Positions 36,047-45,615 of a stretch of 64,000 bases of DNA are shown here, one piece after another. Origin of the DNA: Bacteroidales bacterium (lineage in GTDB: Bacteria > Bacteroidota > Bacteroidia > Bacteroidales > WCHB1-69); the NCBI GenBank assembly GCA_024400785.1, contig JAKSME010000002.1, positions 9,598-73,597 on the forward strand, given 5' to 3'. Positions within the stretch are counted from its first letter, which is position 1, and each line of letters opens with the position of its first letter. The notes below the pieces were generated by a model. That model was not told where the DNA came from, did no database searches, and saw only the letters and a program-made list of their open reading frames with translations. The translations under genes were made by a program, and so were the position numbers.

Positions 36047-36098
36047 GTGAAAACGTGGAAACGTGGAAACGTGGAATATTCCATCAACACAATTCCAC
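36047..36098 (+). repeat. GTGGAA/GTGAAA hexamer array 2 with terminal hairpin
   Basis: GTGAAA at 36047; GTGGAA at 36055, 36063 and 36071 (exact 8-nt period, ACGTGGAA x3). GTGGAAT (36071-77) pairs with ATTCCAC (36092-98), and TGGAATATTCCA is a palindrome. Lies between convergent genes. Confidence 0.85.
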
Positions 36099-36108
36099 CG
36101 CTGAATTA

Positions 36109-36600
36109 TTAGTCTTCAGGAAGATAATCACCTGAGAATGAGAGGGGAAGAAGGTCGGCAACGGATTCTACCTGCCAGATTTCTCCCTCTTCGCCAGCCA
36201 TCATAACAATCATCGGCATTCCGCCTTTTTGCTCGTATTCCGACAGAACCTGGCGACATGCGCCACACGGCGGCACCGGTGAGGTGAGTTTCTTCGACGG
36301 ATTGATGGCCGTAACCACCAACTTTTTGAAAGGAACATTCGGATAACGGGATGACGCATAAAAGGCAGTCGTGCGCTCAGCACACAACCCTGACGGATAA
36401 GCGCAATTCTCTTGGTTGCTTCCTGTTACAATTTCACCATTATCCAACAACAAGGCCGCGCCAACCTGAAAACGTGAATATGAAGCGTACGCCCTGGTAG
36501 CGGCTTCACGTGCCATCTTCAATAATTTCTTATCTTCAACCGACAATTCACCTTCATTTTCATATACAGTAAAGGTGGTCTTGATTTCAAATTTCTTCAT
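36109..36600 (-). CDS. cdd: cytidine deaminase
   Basis: CAERTTAF (HAE/CAE zinc motif) and PCGACRQVLSEY; 163 aa. Confidence 0.9.
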   Translation of the reverse strand: MKKFEIKTTFTVYENEGELSVEDKKLLKMAREAATRAYASYSRFQVGAALLLDNGEIVTGSNQENCAYPSGLCAERTTAFYASSRYPNVPFKKLVVTAINPSKKLTSPVPPCGACRQVLSEYEQKGGMPMIVMMAGEEGEIWQVESVADLLPLSFSGDYLPED

Positions 36601-36649
36601 ATATGAATATTCTGATCTTCGCTACATTTTCATGTAACTCTTATTCTTT

Positions 36650-39607
36650 TTAATATTTGATGATTTTTTGAGTAAACTGAAGTTCGTTCTGGATAAGTTG
36701 GATGTAGTAAATTCCTGACTTTATACTTTCAAAATTGATTTTTGTTTCATTTTCCAAACAATTTTCGCTCCAAACCAGCTGACCATAGGCATTATATATG
36801 CGGATTTCTGTTTCAACCCCGGGAGCGAGCCCGCTGATGACACATTCGTTTTGCACCGGATTCGGATAAATGGAAATTTGTGAGGAAGCGGTTTCTTCAA
36901 CACCCACATTGCCCACGGTAATAATGTAATGAATGACGCTGTCGCAGCCATAAACGGTTTGATATTCCTTCTCCAGTGTGAAAATCCCTGCTTGGTCTGA
37001 ATAGAAATCGTAGTCACCCAATTGAACGTGTTCGCCGAGAGCAAGCGACAGATTGACAGTGTTTTCGTAACTCGGGTGGAGCGTAAGGTGAATGATGAGC
37101 GTGCTGTCTACACCACCGATGCCGGCCCCCGGATAATAGAAAGTATAATCACCGTCCATGGTCAACACTTCGCCTTCATAAACAAACGGAGAGCATTCTT
37201 CAAGCGTAAGGTCTCCAAATGCTTCATTGCCAGAAGTTACATAAAAGATATAATGTATAATGCTGTCGCAACCATTCACAGTAGTATAGATGCGGTCGTA
37301 GGCAAAAGTACCAACGGCAACGGCAATGTGCGGTTCGTCTTCTACATAATAAATATCACCCAAATTCACCGTATTGGCAACATTCAGGGAATATGACGGA
37401 TAAATGGTGAGGTGAAGGGTGAGAATGCTGTCGGCGTAGTTGGTGCCTTGCGCGGGATATTCGAAACTATAGTCTCCAGAAGCTGTAAAAGTCTCTCCTT
37501 CGTAGGTATAACTAACGCAGGATGCAGCATACAGGTCTGAATAAACGGGGGCGGCTGCCCTTACCACAACAATGTAATGAATGATGCTGTCGCAGCCATG
37601 AACCGACTGAAGGTTCACATCATACGTGAAAATTCCCGGAACGGAAGCCGTGTGAGAATCAGTGCCGATTTGGTAGGTGTCGCCAACAACGTAGGAATTG
37701 GAGTCGGTGACATAATAGGTTGGATGGATGGTAAGACTGAGCATGAGGATGCTGTCGTTGTAATTTTGAGCGGCATAGGGAAAGAAGAAGGAGTAACAGC
37801 CGGAGACAGTGAAGGTTTGTCCGTTGATGGTATACGAACCGCACGCCTCTACGCTCATGTTTTCAGTAACGGTGTCATGGTCCGCCAGAATCACGTAAAC
37901 GGTGACAGGAACGCGCTCGCTCACACAAGTTGCCTCGCCGCTGATGGCTTGTTCTTCCACGTAATAAGTGGTGGTTTGGGTGAGGACAGGCGTGGTGAAA
38001 GTGTTTCCCGTTGCCAGCGGTGTGGCGGCAGTGACAGAGGCATACCACTTGATGGTGCGAGTGGAGGTTGCCGTCAGTGTGGCGGTTGCGCCCATAGGAA
38101 TATGTTGGTCGGCTACCTGCGGAGCGGAAACGAGCGGCTGGAGTTGCACATCATGGCGCACACACGCTCCGTCGGTGGTGGTGACGGTGAAAGTCTGCGG
38201 CTCGTAGCAGTCGGCGGAAACTGTAACCGAGTATGTGCCGGCCTTGATGGGGCGATGGTAGTTGCCCACCGGCTGGTGCGAATAAACCTCGGAATTGAAA
38301 GTGTCGTGGTTGTTAACGAAAATTTTGGCTTCGACGGGTTCGCCGGTCACAGCATCGGTAACAATGCCGCGGAAACCGTACAAACACTCCTCAATGTAAC
38401 TGAGCAGCGCGACTTTGCTGTTGGTCCAATACGTAGGAAGTTCTGAAGTTGAAGTCACCACTTTGTCGAAATGCGCTTCGATGGTAACTTCGCGGCAATG
38501 TTGGTAGTAATTCATGTAGTCTTGGCGCGAACCGTCGATAACGTACCAATCGCCGCCCTCGGTTACTGCGCCGCAACCGGGCTGATAGGCAGTTTCACCC
38601 ACCATATAGCTGGCGTCAACTTCGTGACAGTGGTCCACGTAACCATGACAAATGTATTGGAACCAGTCGGCATCGGGATGGGCACGGTCGTCGGTTTCCC
38701 ACGAATCCCACGGATAGTTGGTCAATTCAGCCCCGCCGTGAAAATTGACAGACATCACAAAGTGTTTGTCAGCCACCCAGTTGATGACGGCCTGTGTTTC
38801 GGGTTGCACGTTGGCACTTCCGGAAATACCAGGAACGAAGGGATAGTTACGGTTCAAATCGACATTGTTGTAGTTGTAACGCTGGGAAGCCGAAGAACTG
38901 ATTTGCGTGTTGCTGCTTTTGTAAGTTCCGTCGGGATTTTCGAGCGGGCAGATGTAAAGGTCGACATTCTGGAGAATATTCTGTACCTGCGGGTCGGTAG
39001 TGGCGTTATTCAGGATGTAATTAATAAGTTGGAGCATCATGTAATAACCCACAACTTCGTCGCCGTGCATGGTAGAAGAATAGAAGAAAGCGGGTTTGTC
39101 GGCCGGCTGACCGAGGGTGGAACTGATATGGGCGGCAAGAAGCATGTGCGGACGAGTGGGGTTGGGCGTGGCCGCGAGGATGGTGTCGATTTTACAGATG
39201 TTCGGGAAATTGGTTTCAAAGGTATGCATCAACTGCACGTAAACATCGTATGCGGGATATTTGTTCCAATTGGCAGTGAAGTCGGAAAGGGTGGTTGACA
39301 CCATGCTGCTGCCGGGAGGGCGTTCGGGAGTGATAATTTCAAACGGCAGGTTTTGGGCGAGGAAGCTTTCATACTCGTGGCGGGCGAGGTAGACTTTTAC
39401 CTGATATTGGCCGCTACGGGCGTCGAAATGACAATTGTCGACTGAGAAATTTTTCGACAGCTGATTCACCTCTGCTTTGGTGTTGACCTGAGTATTCACA
39501 TATAGGAAATCCCTATCAGTATTTCGCAAATCGTCAGGCGTACTTTGGGCAAAAGTTGTCAGCAACACACCGAAACAAAAGAGAATGGAAAGGATGAGTT
39601 TTTTCAT
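36650..39607 (-). CDS. secreted M14 zinc carboxypeptidase with three tandem repeat domains and a T9SS C-terminal sorting domain
   Basis: Signal peptide; M14 motifs (SSTMHGDEVVG, DLNRNYP, NFHGGAE). Three ~107-aa repeats, each ending in (V/Y)(H/N)GCDS(I/V)IHYI. C-terminal ISIYPNPVQNE...GIYYIQL...QKIIKY matches the type A T9SS CTD. Confidence 0.8.
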   Translation of the reverse strand: MKKLILSILFCFGVLLTTFAQSTPDDLRNTDRDFLYVNTQVNTKAEVNQLSKNFSVDNCHFDARSGQYQVKVYLARHEYESFLAQNLPFEIITPERPPGSSMVSTTLSDFTANWNKYPAYDVYVQLMHTFETNFPNICKIDTILAATPNPTRPHMLLAAHISSTLGQPADKPAFFYSSTMHGDEVVGYYMMLQLINYILNNATTDPQVQNILQNVDLYICPLENPDGTYKSSNTQISSSASQRYNYNNVDLNRNYPFVPGISGSANVQPETQAVINWVADKHFVMSVNFHGGAELTNYPWDSWETDDRAHPDADWFQYICHGYVDHCHEVDASYMVGETAYQPGCGAVTEGGDWYVIDGSRQDYMNYYQHCREVTIEAHFDKVVTSTSELPTYWTNSKVALLSYIEECLYGFRGIVTDAVTGEPVEAKIFVNNHDTFNSEVYSHQPVGNYHRPIKAGTYSVTVSADCYEPQTFTVTTTDGACVRHDVQLQPLVSAPQVADQHIPMGATATLTATSTRTIKWYASVTAATPLATGNTFTTPVLTQTTTYYVEEQAISGEATCVSERVPVTVYVILADHDTVTENMSVEACGSYTINGQTFTVSGCYSFFFPYAAQNYNDSILMLSLTIHPTYYVTDSNSYVVGDTYQIGTDSHTASVPGIFTYDVNLQSVHGCDSIIHYIVVVRAAAPVYSDLYAASCVSYTYEGETFTASGDYSFEYPAQGTNYADSILTLHLTIYPSYSLNVANTVNLGDIYYVEDEPHIAVAVGTFAYDRIYTTVNGCDSIIHYIFYVTSGNEAFGDLTLEECSPFVYEGEVLTMDGDYTFYYPGAGIGGVDSTLIIHLTLHPSYENTVNLSLALGEHVQLGDYDFYSDQAGIFTLEKEYQTVYGCDSVIHYIITVGNVGVEETASSQISIYPNPVQNECVISGLAPGVETEIRIYNAYGQLVWSENCLENETKINFESIKSGIYYIQLIQNELQFTQKIIKY

Positions 39608-39639
39608 TTTGTTTGAAATTATTGATGATGGGCAAAGGA

Positions 39640-40515
39640 TTATTCACCGAGAAGTTTACGAAATGTTTCCATAAGTTTTTCAGAAACAGGAACTTGCGGG
39701 AGTCTGAGTTGGTTTTGAATTTTTCCTTGAAGAGAAAGAAGTGCTTTGATTCCACCGGGATTTCCTTCGCGGAAGCAGGCCTGGTCGAAGTCGAGGAGGC
39801 GGAGGTGGATTTGGCGGGCTTGGTCGAACTGGTTGTTACGGGCAAGTCGCACCATCGTGCTGACTTCGGCGGGGAAGGCATTGGCAACGACAGAGATCAC
39901 GCCGTCGGCACCGGCGGCGAGCAAGGGAAGGGTGATGGCATCATCGCCCGAAAGCACAGAAAACTCAGCGGGTTTGTGGGCAATAACGCGCATAATCTGG
40001 TTCATCATGCCGGAGGCCTCTTTGATGGCTACGATGTTGGGAAAGTCATTGGCGAGGCGGATGGTGGTGTCGGCATCGATATTGCAGCCTGTGCGGCCGG
40101 GAACATTATAGAGGATGATGGGCAGCGGTGAGTTTTCAGCCAACATCTTGTAATGTTGGTAAACACCTTCCTGCGTGGGTTTGTTGTAGAATGGGGTGAC
40201 GGAAAGGATGGCATCGACTCCGGAGAAGTCGCAGGTGCGGAGTTGGCGAACCAGTTCAAGCGTGTTCGGGCCGCCCAAACCGCGAACGATAGCCACACGG
40301 CCGGCGGCAACTTTCACCACACAACGGACAATTTCATCCTTTTCGGCTTCCGAGAGCGTGGGCACTTCGCTGGTGGTACACACCGTGACGATATAATCCA
40401 CCCCGTTTTGAATCAAATTCTCAACCAAATTTTCCAAACTTGGAAAATCGATACTTCCGTCTGCGAGGAAGGGAGTGACAAGGGCGACTCCAGTGCCTTT
40501 CAACCGATTGTTCAT
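39640..40515 (-). CDS. dapA: 4-hydroxy-tetrahydrodipicolinate synthase
   Basis: 291 aa; GTGVALVTPF, TTSEVPTLS and the IVAIKEASG (Schiff-base Lys) motifs. Confidence 0.95.
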   Translation of the reverse strand: MNNRLKGTGVALVTPFLADGSIDFPSLENLVENLIQNGVDYIVTVCTTSEVPTLSEAEKDEIVRCVVKVAAGRVAIVRGLGGPNTLELVRQLRTCDFSGVDAILSVTPFYNKPTQEGVYQHYKMLAENSPLPIILYNVPGRTGCNIDADTTIRLANDFPNIVAIKEASGMMNQIMRVIAHKPAEFSVLSGDDAITLPLLAAGADGVISVVANAFPAEVSTMVRLARNNQFDQARQIHLRLLDFDQACFREGNPGGIKALLSLQGKIQNQLRLPQVPVSEKLMETFRKLLGE

Positions 40516-41048
40516 AATTGGGTTCCTGAAAGTTGATTCGTATAATGAGAAATATTCTTCAATAGTTCCATGTTGGAAATATCTTCCTCCGTTTGAATCA
40601 AAAGGTCGTAATATTTCAAATTACGCTTTTCCGAACCAATGATCAACTTGGCCCGACTGAGTTCCATAATCAGGCGAATGGGTTCGAAAACATCGTGGGA
40701 AAAGTCAAGAAGAACATCAAATTCCATGTTGTAAAAGTCCTTGATTTGGACTTTTTCCGGACGGCCGTACCAGTTGAGGTCTTTATTGCAAAAATAGTCG
40801 GCTGAAAGCTGCTGGATGCAATAGAAGGGAACGGCTTTATCATCGATGTAACCCATCAACCAGACGTTGCGACTGGTGCCTTGCAACCGAGAAAAAACCG
40901 CGTAAATGTCTTTGTAAGTATCTTCGGTTGTAATATTACACAAGATTCCGATGTTTTTAGCATCTCGCAAAGAAGATACTTCCGGATTTCTAACTTGCTG
41001 ATTTTCTTTTATATATCTTTTGAGGAAATGTCTTTGGATAAAATTCAT
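40512..41048 (-). CDS. hypothetical protein upstream of and coupled to dapA
   Basis: ATGA overlap with the dapA start. Start set to the ATG at 41048, downstream of the promoter box. No motif recognised. Confidence 0.5.
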   Translation of the reverse strand: MNFIQRHFLKRYIKENQQVRNPEVSSLRDAKNIGILCNITTEDTYKDIYAVFSRLQGTSRNVWLMGYIDDKAVPFYCIQQLSADYFCNKDLNWYGRPEKVQIKDFYNMEFDVLLDFSHDVFEPIRLIMELSRAKLIIGSEKRNLKYYDLLIQTEEDISNMELLKNISHYTNQLSGTQL

Positions 41049-41078
41049 TTCGATAGTTTTTGCCAATTTTTGAAACTG

Positions 41079-41086
41079 CAAAAGTA
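41079..41086 (-). promoter_or_regulatory. -7 promoter box TACTTTTG
   Basis: Complement reads TTACTTTTGCAG. The ORF-track TTG start at 41081 lies inside it. Confidence 0.6.
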
Positions 41087-41226
41087 ATCAAAAAACAATT
41101 AAAAGTCTTATTTTGTAAATAAATAAATATTATCTGGTGTTTGTGCATAAATCGGGGAAGAAATTTCATTAGAAAAGTATCTTATTTTTAGTTTTTTAAG
41201 AGTGAATAATGGAGTGAAAATAATTG

Positions 41227-41234
41227 TACTTTTG
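41227..41234 (+). promoter_or_regulatory. -7 promoter box TACTTTTG
   Basis: ATTGTACTTTTGCCGC, 23 nt upstream of the ATG at 41258. Confidence 0.6.
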
Positions 41235-41257
41235 CCGCGTTTTTTTTCATATCAATA

Positions 41258-42412
41258 ATGGAACAAGAAGAGCCTAACAAACCTGAGAAAAAGTCATTTC
41301 TCAAGTCATGGAAAACGCTGAAATGGCATTCCAAAATTTACCAAATTTTCATTCACGGTTTTGCTTTGTGCGGGATGGCTGCCATCGGTGCATGGGCCAT
41401 CTATACGATGGGACTCACAAACGACAAGGGTTATGAAGACCCCTACAATCGTTATTTGGCCAATTACAAGCAGGGCGGTGTGACAGATTCAGCCAAGATT
41501 TACAGCAATAATTTACAGAATTACATCAAGTTAGTAAGTCTCGACAAAGTTTATTCCACCAATGCGCACTTAATTTACGAAGCCACCCAGGGCACCAACG
41601 ACCCGGATTTGGTAAACAGGATGCTGTATGCGTGCGACATGTATGTTCAAGAAAGCGAGCGAGGAAAGAATTATCAGAAGATGTTGGATGACATCAACCA
41701 GGTTTTTTCCCGCTACAAACTCACGGCAACCACGGAGAATGCGATCCCGTGGATGAACGACGCAGGTTGGACTGTGTTGAAGCGGGCGTTGGCACGTGAT
41801 GCCAAGAACATCCAAAAAGCGGCCGAAATCACCGGTGTGGATGCCCGTTTGATTGCCGCCTGCACCGTGGGTGAGCAAATCCGACTCTTCAACTCCAAGC
41901 GAGAGGATGCCAAACGCCGCCTCGGTTTCATGACCATGAGCGTTCAGTCGCAATTCTCTTTGGGGGTGAACGGCATCAAGGACTTTACCGCCGCCGCCGT
42001 TGAAAGAAACTTAAAAGATTCCACATCCGTGTATTACATGGGTAAAAAATACGAACACATCTTGGATTTTCCGGAGGGCGACTCCGTGGACATCGCCACC
42101 GCCCGTTTCAACCGACTGGTAGACTATCACAACAACCTTTACTCTTTCATCTATACCGGTTGCATTCTGCACCAAACCATGTTGCAATGGAAACGCGCCG
42201 GCTACGACATCTCCCACCGGCCCGACATCCTCTGTACGCTCTTCAACCTCGGTTTCCAGGCCTCCAAACCCAATGCCGAACCGCGTTGCGGCGGCTCTCG
42301 CGTCTCCGTCGGCGGAAGAAACTACACCTTCGGCGTCCTCGGCAACGACTTCTTCTACTCCGGCGAACTTTCCAAGGAATTTCCAATGTCGGCAACTTTA
42401 TTCCAAGATTAA
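41258..42412 (+). CDS. hypothetical membrane-anchored protein
   Basis: 384 aa; one N-terminal TM helix (IFIHGFALCGMAAIGAWAIY) and a large extracytoplasmic domain. No motif recognised. Codon usage is consistent with its neighbours. Confidence 0.5.
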   Translation: MEQEEPNKPEKKSFLKSWKTLKWHSKIYQIFIHGFALCGMAAIGAWAIYTMGLTNDKGYEDPYNRYLANYKQGGVTDSAKIYSNNLQNYIKLVSLDKVYSTNAHLIYEATQGTNDPDLVNRMLYACDMYVQESERGKNYQKMLDDINQVFSRYKLTATTENAIPWMNDAGWTVLKRALARDAKNIQKAAEITGVDARLIAACTVGEQIRLFNSKREDAKRRLGFMTMSVQSQFSLGVNGIKDFTAAAVERNLKDSTSVYYMGKKYEHILDFPEGDSVDIATARFNRLVDYHNNLYSFIYTGCILHQTMLQWKRAGYDISHRPDILCTLFNLGFQASKPNAEPRCGGSRVSVGGRNYTFGVLGNDFFYSGELSKEFPMSATLFQD

Positions 42413-42436
42413 CTCCCCTATCCCATTTAAAAATCG

Positions 42437-42444
42437 TATCTTTG
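42437..42444 (+). promoter_or_regulatory. -7 promoter box TATCTTTG
   Basis: CGTATCTTTGCCGCC, 46 nt upstream of the ATG at 42491. Confidence 0.6.
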
Positions 42445-42490
42445 CCGCCTCGAAATTAATCAACAAAATATAAATCAAAACCTTACAATT

Positions 42491-43723
42491 ATGGCACTTA
42501 TTTCGAACAGAGTAAGCAGCATGGCTCAATCAGAAACTTTGGCGATGACACAAATCGCCCGTGAACTTAAAGAAGCTGGCAAAGACGTCATCAGTCTCAG
42601 CATCGGCGAACCCGACTTCAACACCCCGGAAGAGGTGAAAGAAGCCGCAAAACAGGCCATCGATGAAAACTGGACCCATTATCCGCCAGTACCCGGCTAC
42701 CCGGAACTCAAAAAAGCCATCTGCGCTAAGTTCAAAAGAGATAACAACCTCGATTACACTCCCGACCAAATCATCGTTTCCACCGGTGCTAAACAGTCTA
42801 TCTACCAAGTAATCATGGCACTTGTGGACCCAGGTGAAGAGGTCATCATTCCCGCTCCTTTCTGGGTTACTTACAAAGCTATCGTTCAGTTGGCAGAAGG
42901 CAAATCCGTTTACATTCAAACCCAAATCGAAAACGATTTCAAGGTTACGCCCGAACAACTCCGCGCGGCCATCACCCCCAAGACCAAAATGATGATCTTC
43001 AGCAGCCCGTCGAACCCGACCGGCATGCTCTATTCTCGTGAGGAACTCAAGGCCCTCGCCGAAGTACTCCGCGAATATCCCGACATCATCGTTGTCGCCG
43101 ACGAAATTTACGAACACATCAACTTCGAAGGCAAACACGAAAGCATGGCCCAGTTCGACTGGATGAAAGACCGCACCGTTACCGTTAACGGCGTTGCCAA
43201 AGGTTTCGCCATGACCGGCTGGCGTATCGGCTTCATCGCAGCTCCAGTCGCCATCGCAAAAGCCTGCAACAAACTGCAGGGCCAGGTGACTTCCGCTACA
43301 TGCTCCATCGCACAGCGCGCCACCATCAAAGCCATGGAAATGGACCCCACGACTTCAGAAGACATCATTAATATGCGCAACGTCTTCATGAAACGCCGCG
43401 ACATGGTTTACGAACTCCTCCAACAAATCCCCGGCTTCAAGGTCCGTTTGCCCAAAGGCGCTTTCTATTTCTTCCCGGAAATCAGCTCCCTCTATGGCAA
43501 ACACGTTCCCGCCGACTCCATCTTCGCCAGCAAATACAACAAAACCGTCATCGAAAATTCAACCGACTTCTGTATGTACATCCTTTATGATGCCAATGTG
43601 GCATTGGTGATGGGCATTGCCTTCGGCGATGACAAGTGTGTCCGCCTCTCCTACGCCACCTCCGAAGAAAAACTGCGCGAGGCCTGCCGTAGAATCAAAG
43701 AAGCCGTCGAAAAAATGAAATAA
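42491..43723 (+). CDS. pyridoxal-phosphate-dependent aminotransferase (aspartate aminotransferase class I)
   Basis: 410 aa; SLSIGEPDF, SSPSNPTG and VAKGFAMTGWRIG (PLP lysine) motifs. Confidence 0.9.
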   Translation: MALISNRVSSMAQSETLAMTQIARELKEAGKDVISLSIGEPDFNTPEEVKEAAKQAIDENWTHYPPVPGYPELKKAICAKFKRDNNLDYTPDQIIVSTGAKQSIYQVIMALVDPGEEVIIPAPFWVTYKAIVQLAEGKSVYIQTQIENDFKVTPEQLRAAITPKTKMMIFSSPSNPTGMLYSREELKALAEVLREYPDIIVVADEIYEHINFEGKHESMAQFDWMKDRTVTVNGVAKGFAMTGWRIGFIAAPVAIAKACNKLQGQVTSATCSIAQRATIKAMEMDPTTSEDIINMRNVFMKRRDMVYELLQQIPGFKVRLPKGAFYFFPEISSLYGKHVPADSIFASKYNKTVIENSTDFCMYILYDANVALVMGIAFGDDKCVRLSYATSEEKLREACRRIKEAVEKMK

Positions 43724-44634
43724 TGCGGAAACGAATCGGTAACTGGCATAATTTCTGGCAGCGAGTACGTCGCAACTGGTCTGTCAAGCACAGACTGATT
43801 ATCCGGAACGAGACCACGCAGAACGAGAGTTTTTCCTTTCTGCTGAGCCCGCGCAATATCTTTGTGGGTGTCACGGTTTCGGCTGTGTTGTTGATTGCGC
43901 TCACCGCCATCATCATCGCCTTTACCCCGTTGCGCTACTACATTCCCGGCTATACAACGCCCACCGAGCACAAAAAGTTTGTGACGGCGGAAGCAAAAAT
44001 GACGGAGCTTCAGGGAAAATACGACAAAAACGAACAATATCTCAACCATATCCGCAAGGTTTTGGAAGAGAGTTACGTTGACACGCTCGGTAAGGCGCCG
44101 GAGGACAAGATAGCCGACAACGATGGCACCGATCTGGCCAATGCCGCCGAACCGAGCGAAAGCGAAATGACATTGCGCGAAGACGCCGGTGACTTGCTTC
44201 AGGCCGTCTCCGCGCGACAGTCTAACGACGCCGTTTCCGTCAGCTCCCGCGCCGACATACAGAACCTGTTCCTCCAGCCGCCAACCACCGGCACCATCAT
44301 CACCGCCTACAGCCTGCCGCAAAACCAATACGGCATCGACGTGACCAACCAACAGGGAACCCTCGTTACCAGTGCGGCGGACGGAATGGTCATCTTCTCC
44401 GGTTATGACGTCACAGACGGAAATGTCATCATCATCCAACATCACGACAACATCCTCACCGTTTACAAAAACAACCAACAACTTCTGAAATCAAAAGGCA
44501 CAAAAGTCTCCGCCGGCGAACCCATCGCCACCATGGGGCATTCCGGAATCACCGACAAAGGCAATCACCTCCACTTTGAACTTTGGCACAACGGATTCCC
44601 TCTTAACCCATTGGATTACATTACGTTAAAATAA
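43723..44634 (+). CDS. M23 family metallopeptidase
   Basis: TAATG overlap with the upstream stop. N-terminal TM anchor; C-terminal LytM core (DGNVIIIQH...GHSG...HLHFELWHNG). Confidence 0.85.
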   Translation: MRKRIGNWHNFWQRVRRNWSVKHRLIIRNETTQNESFSFLLSPRNIFVGVTVSAVLLIALTAIIIAFTPLRYYIPGYTTPTEHKKFVTAEAKMTELQGKYDKNEQYLNHIRKVLEESYVDTLGKAPEDKIADNDGTDLANAAEPSESEMTLREDAGDLLQAVSARQSNDAVSVSSRADIQNLFLQPPTTGTIITAYSLPQNQYGIDVTNQQGTLVTSAADGMVIFSGYDVTDGNVIIIQHHDNILTVYKNNQQLLKSKGTKVSAGEPIATMGHSGITDKGNHLHFELWHNGFPLNPLDYITLK

Positions 44635-44649
44635 TTTTTAAAGATTTAT

Positions 44650-45339
44650 ATGGAAACCGACCATTCTAAAATTTGTCAATTATTAATCGAAAAAGGCGAA
44701 CTTAAACAGCAAATTTATTCCAGCACATTGGAATCTATGGAACTGTTCAAAGAATGCGCCAAGGAATTTAAAGACTTTTACGAAGATCATTTCGAAGAGG
44801 AACATCCCAGAGTCGGAGTGGAATTCAACGGGAAAAACCTCCACGAGTTCAAACTCCGTTTCGCTGGCGACGTGCTCATCTTCTTGATGCACACCAACAT
44901 TTTTGAATTTCCTCGCGACCACGAAGTGATGAAGACCCCTTACATCAAGGAAGACAAAAGCCGTTCCTACTGCGGTGTAATCCACATCTTCAACTTCCTC
45001 GCCGACTCTTTCCGCTATAACCGCATCAACGACTCCGGTTACATGATTGGCCGTATTTTCATCAATAAGGACAAACACTTCTATGTGGAAGGAAAACGCG
45101 AACTCGCCAGCGTGCTGAACAACTTCAATAACCGAGAATTGGACAAAGCGGCGGTGACAGAAATCCTTCAATCTGCCATCCAATATACCATCAATTTTGA
45201 CCTTTTGGTTCCAGAATATTCCAAGTTAGTGGAAATCTCTGTGGATGACATCCTTCAAATTGAAGACCAAAATATGATTCTGAAAACTGGTAAACGCCTG
45301 GGTTTCAGGTTTGAACCAGATAAAAATGAAGAAAAATAA
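44650..45339 (+). CDS. hypothetical cytoplasmic protein
   Basis: 229-aa ORF with neighbour-like codon usage, 15 nt after the M23 gene. No motif recognised. Confidence 0.5.
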   Translation: METDHSKICQLLIEKGELKQQIYSSTLESMELFKECAKEFKDFYEDHFEEEHPRVGVEFNGKNLHEFKLRFAGDVLIFLMHTNIFEFPRDHEVMKTPYIKEDKSRSYCGVIHIFNFLADSFRYNRINDSGYMIGRIFINKDKHFYVEGKRELASVLNNFNNRELDKAAVTEILQSAIQYTINFDLLVPEYSKLVEISVDDILQIEDQNMILKTGKRLGFRFEPDKNEEK

Positions 45340-45378
45340 AAAATTTTCTCAAAAGTGATTTTGTATTAAAAAAAAGTG

Positions 45379-45386
45379 TATTTTTG
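45379..45386 (+). promoter_or_regulatory. -7 promoter box TATTTTTG of tRNA-Glu
   Basis: GTATTTTTGCAACCTCAA (45378-45395), identical to the tRNA-Gly promoter 18-mer. Confidence 0.7.
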
Positions 45387-45406
45387 CAACCTCAATTTGA
45401 GAGAAC

Positions 45407-45481
45407 GCTGGATTCGTCTAGTTGGCCCAGGACGTCAGGTTTTCATCCTGAAAATCGGGGGTTCGAATCCCCCATCCAGTA
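45407..45481 (+). tRNA. tRNA-Glu (anticodon TTC)
   Basis: Acceptor GCTGGAT/ATCCAGT (G1-U72), D region TTCGTCTAGTTGGCCCAGGAC as in bacterial tRNA-Glu, anticodon stem TCAGG/CCTGA with loop TTTTCAT, T arm GGGGG-TTCGAAT-CCCCC. Confidence 0.9.
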
Positions 45482-45482
45482 C

Positions 45483-45512
45483 AAAGGTTTCCCATCGGAA
45501 ACCTTTTTTTTT
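45483..45512 (+). terminator. rho-independent terminator after tRNA-Glu
   Basis: AAAGGTTTCC-CATC-GGAAACCTTT followed by a T-run. Confidence 0.8.
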
Positions 45513-45615
45513 GCTCATGCAATTTCCAAACACGTCTCTGGCGCCTATTAAAAACAGGCATTGACGTGAGGAAATTTGCAACAAAGAACAACAATGGCAC
45601 ATCCTGCTTTATAAA

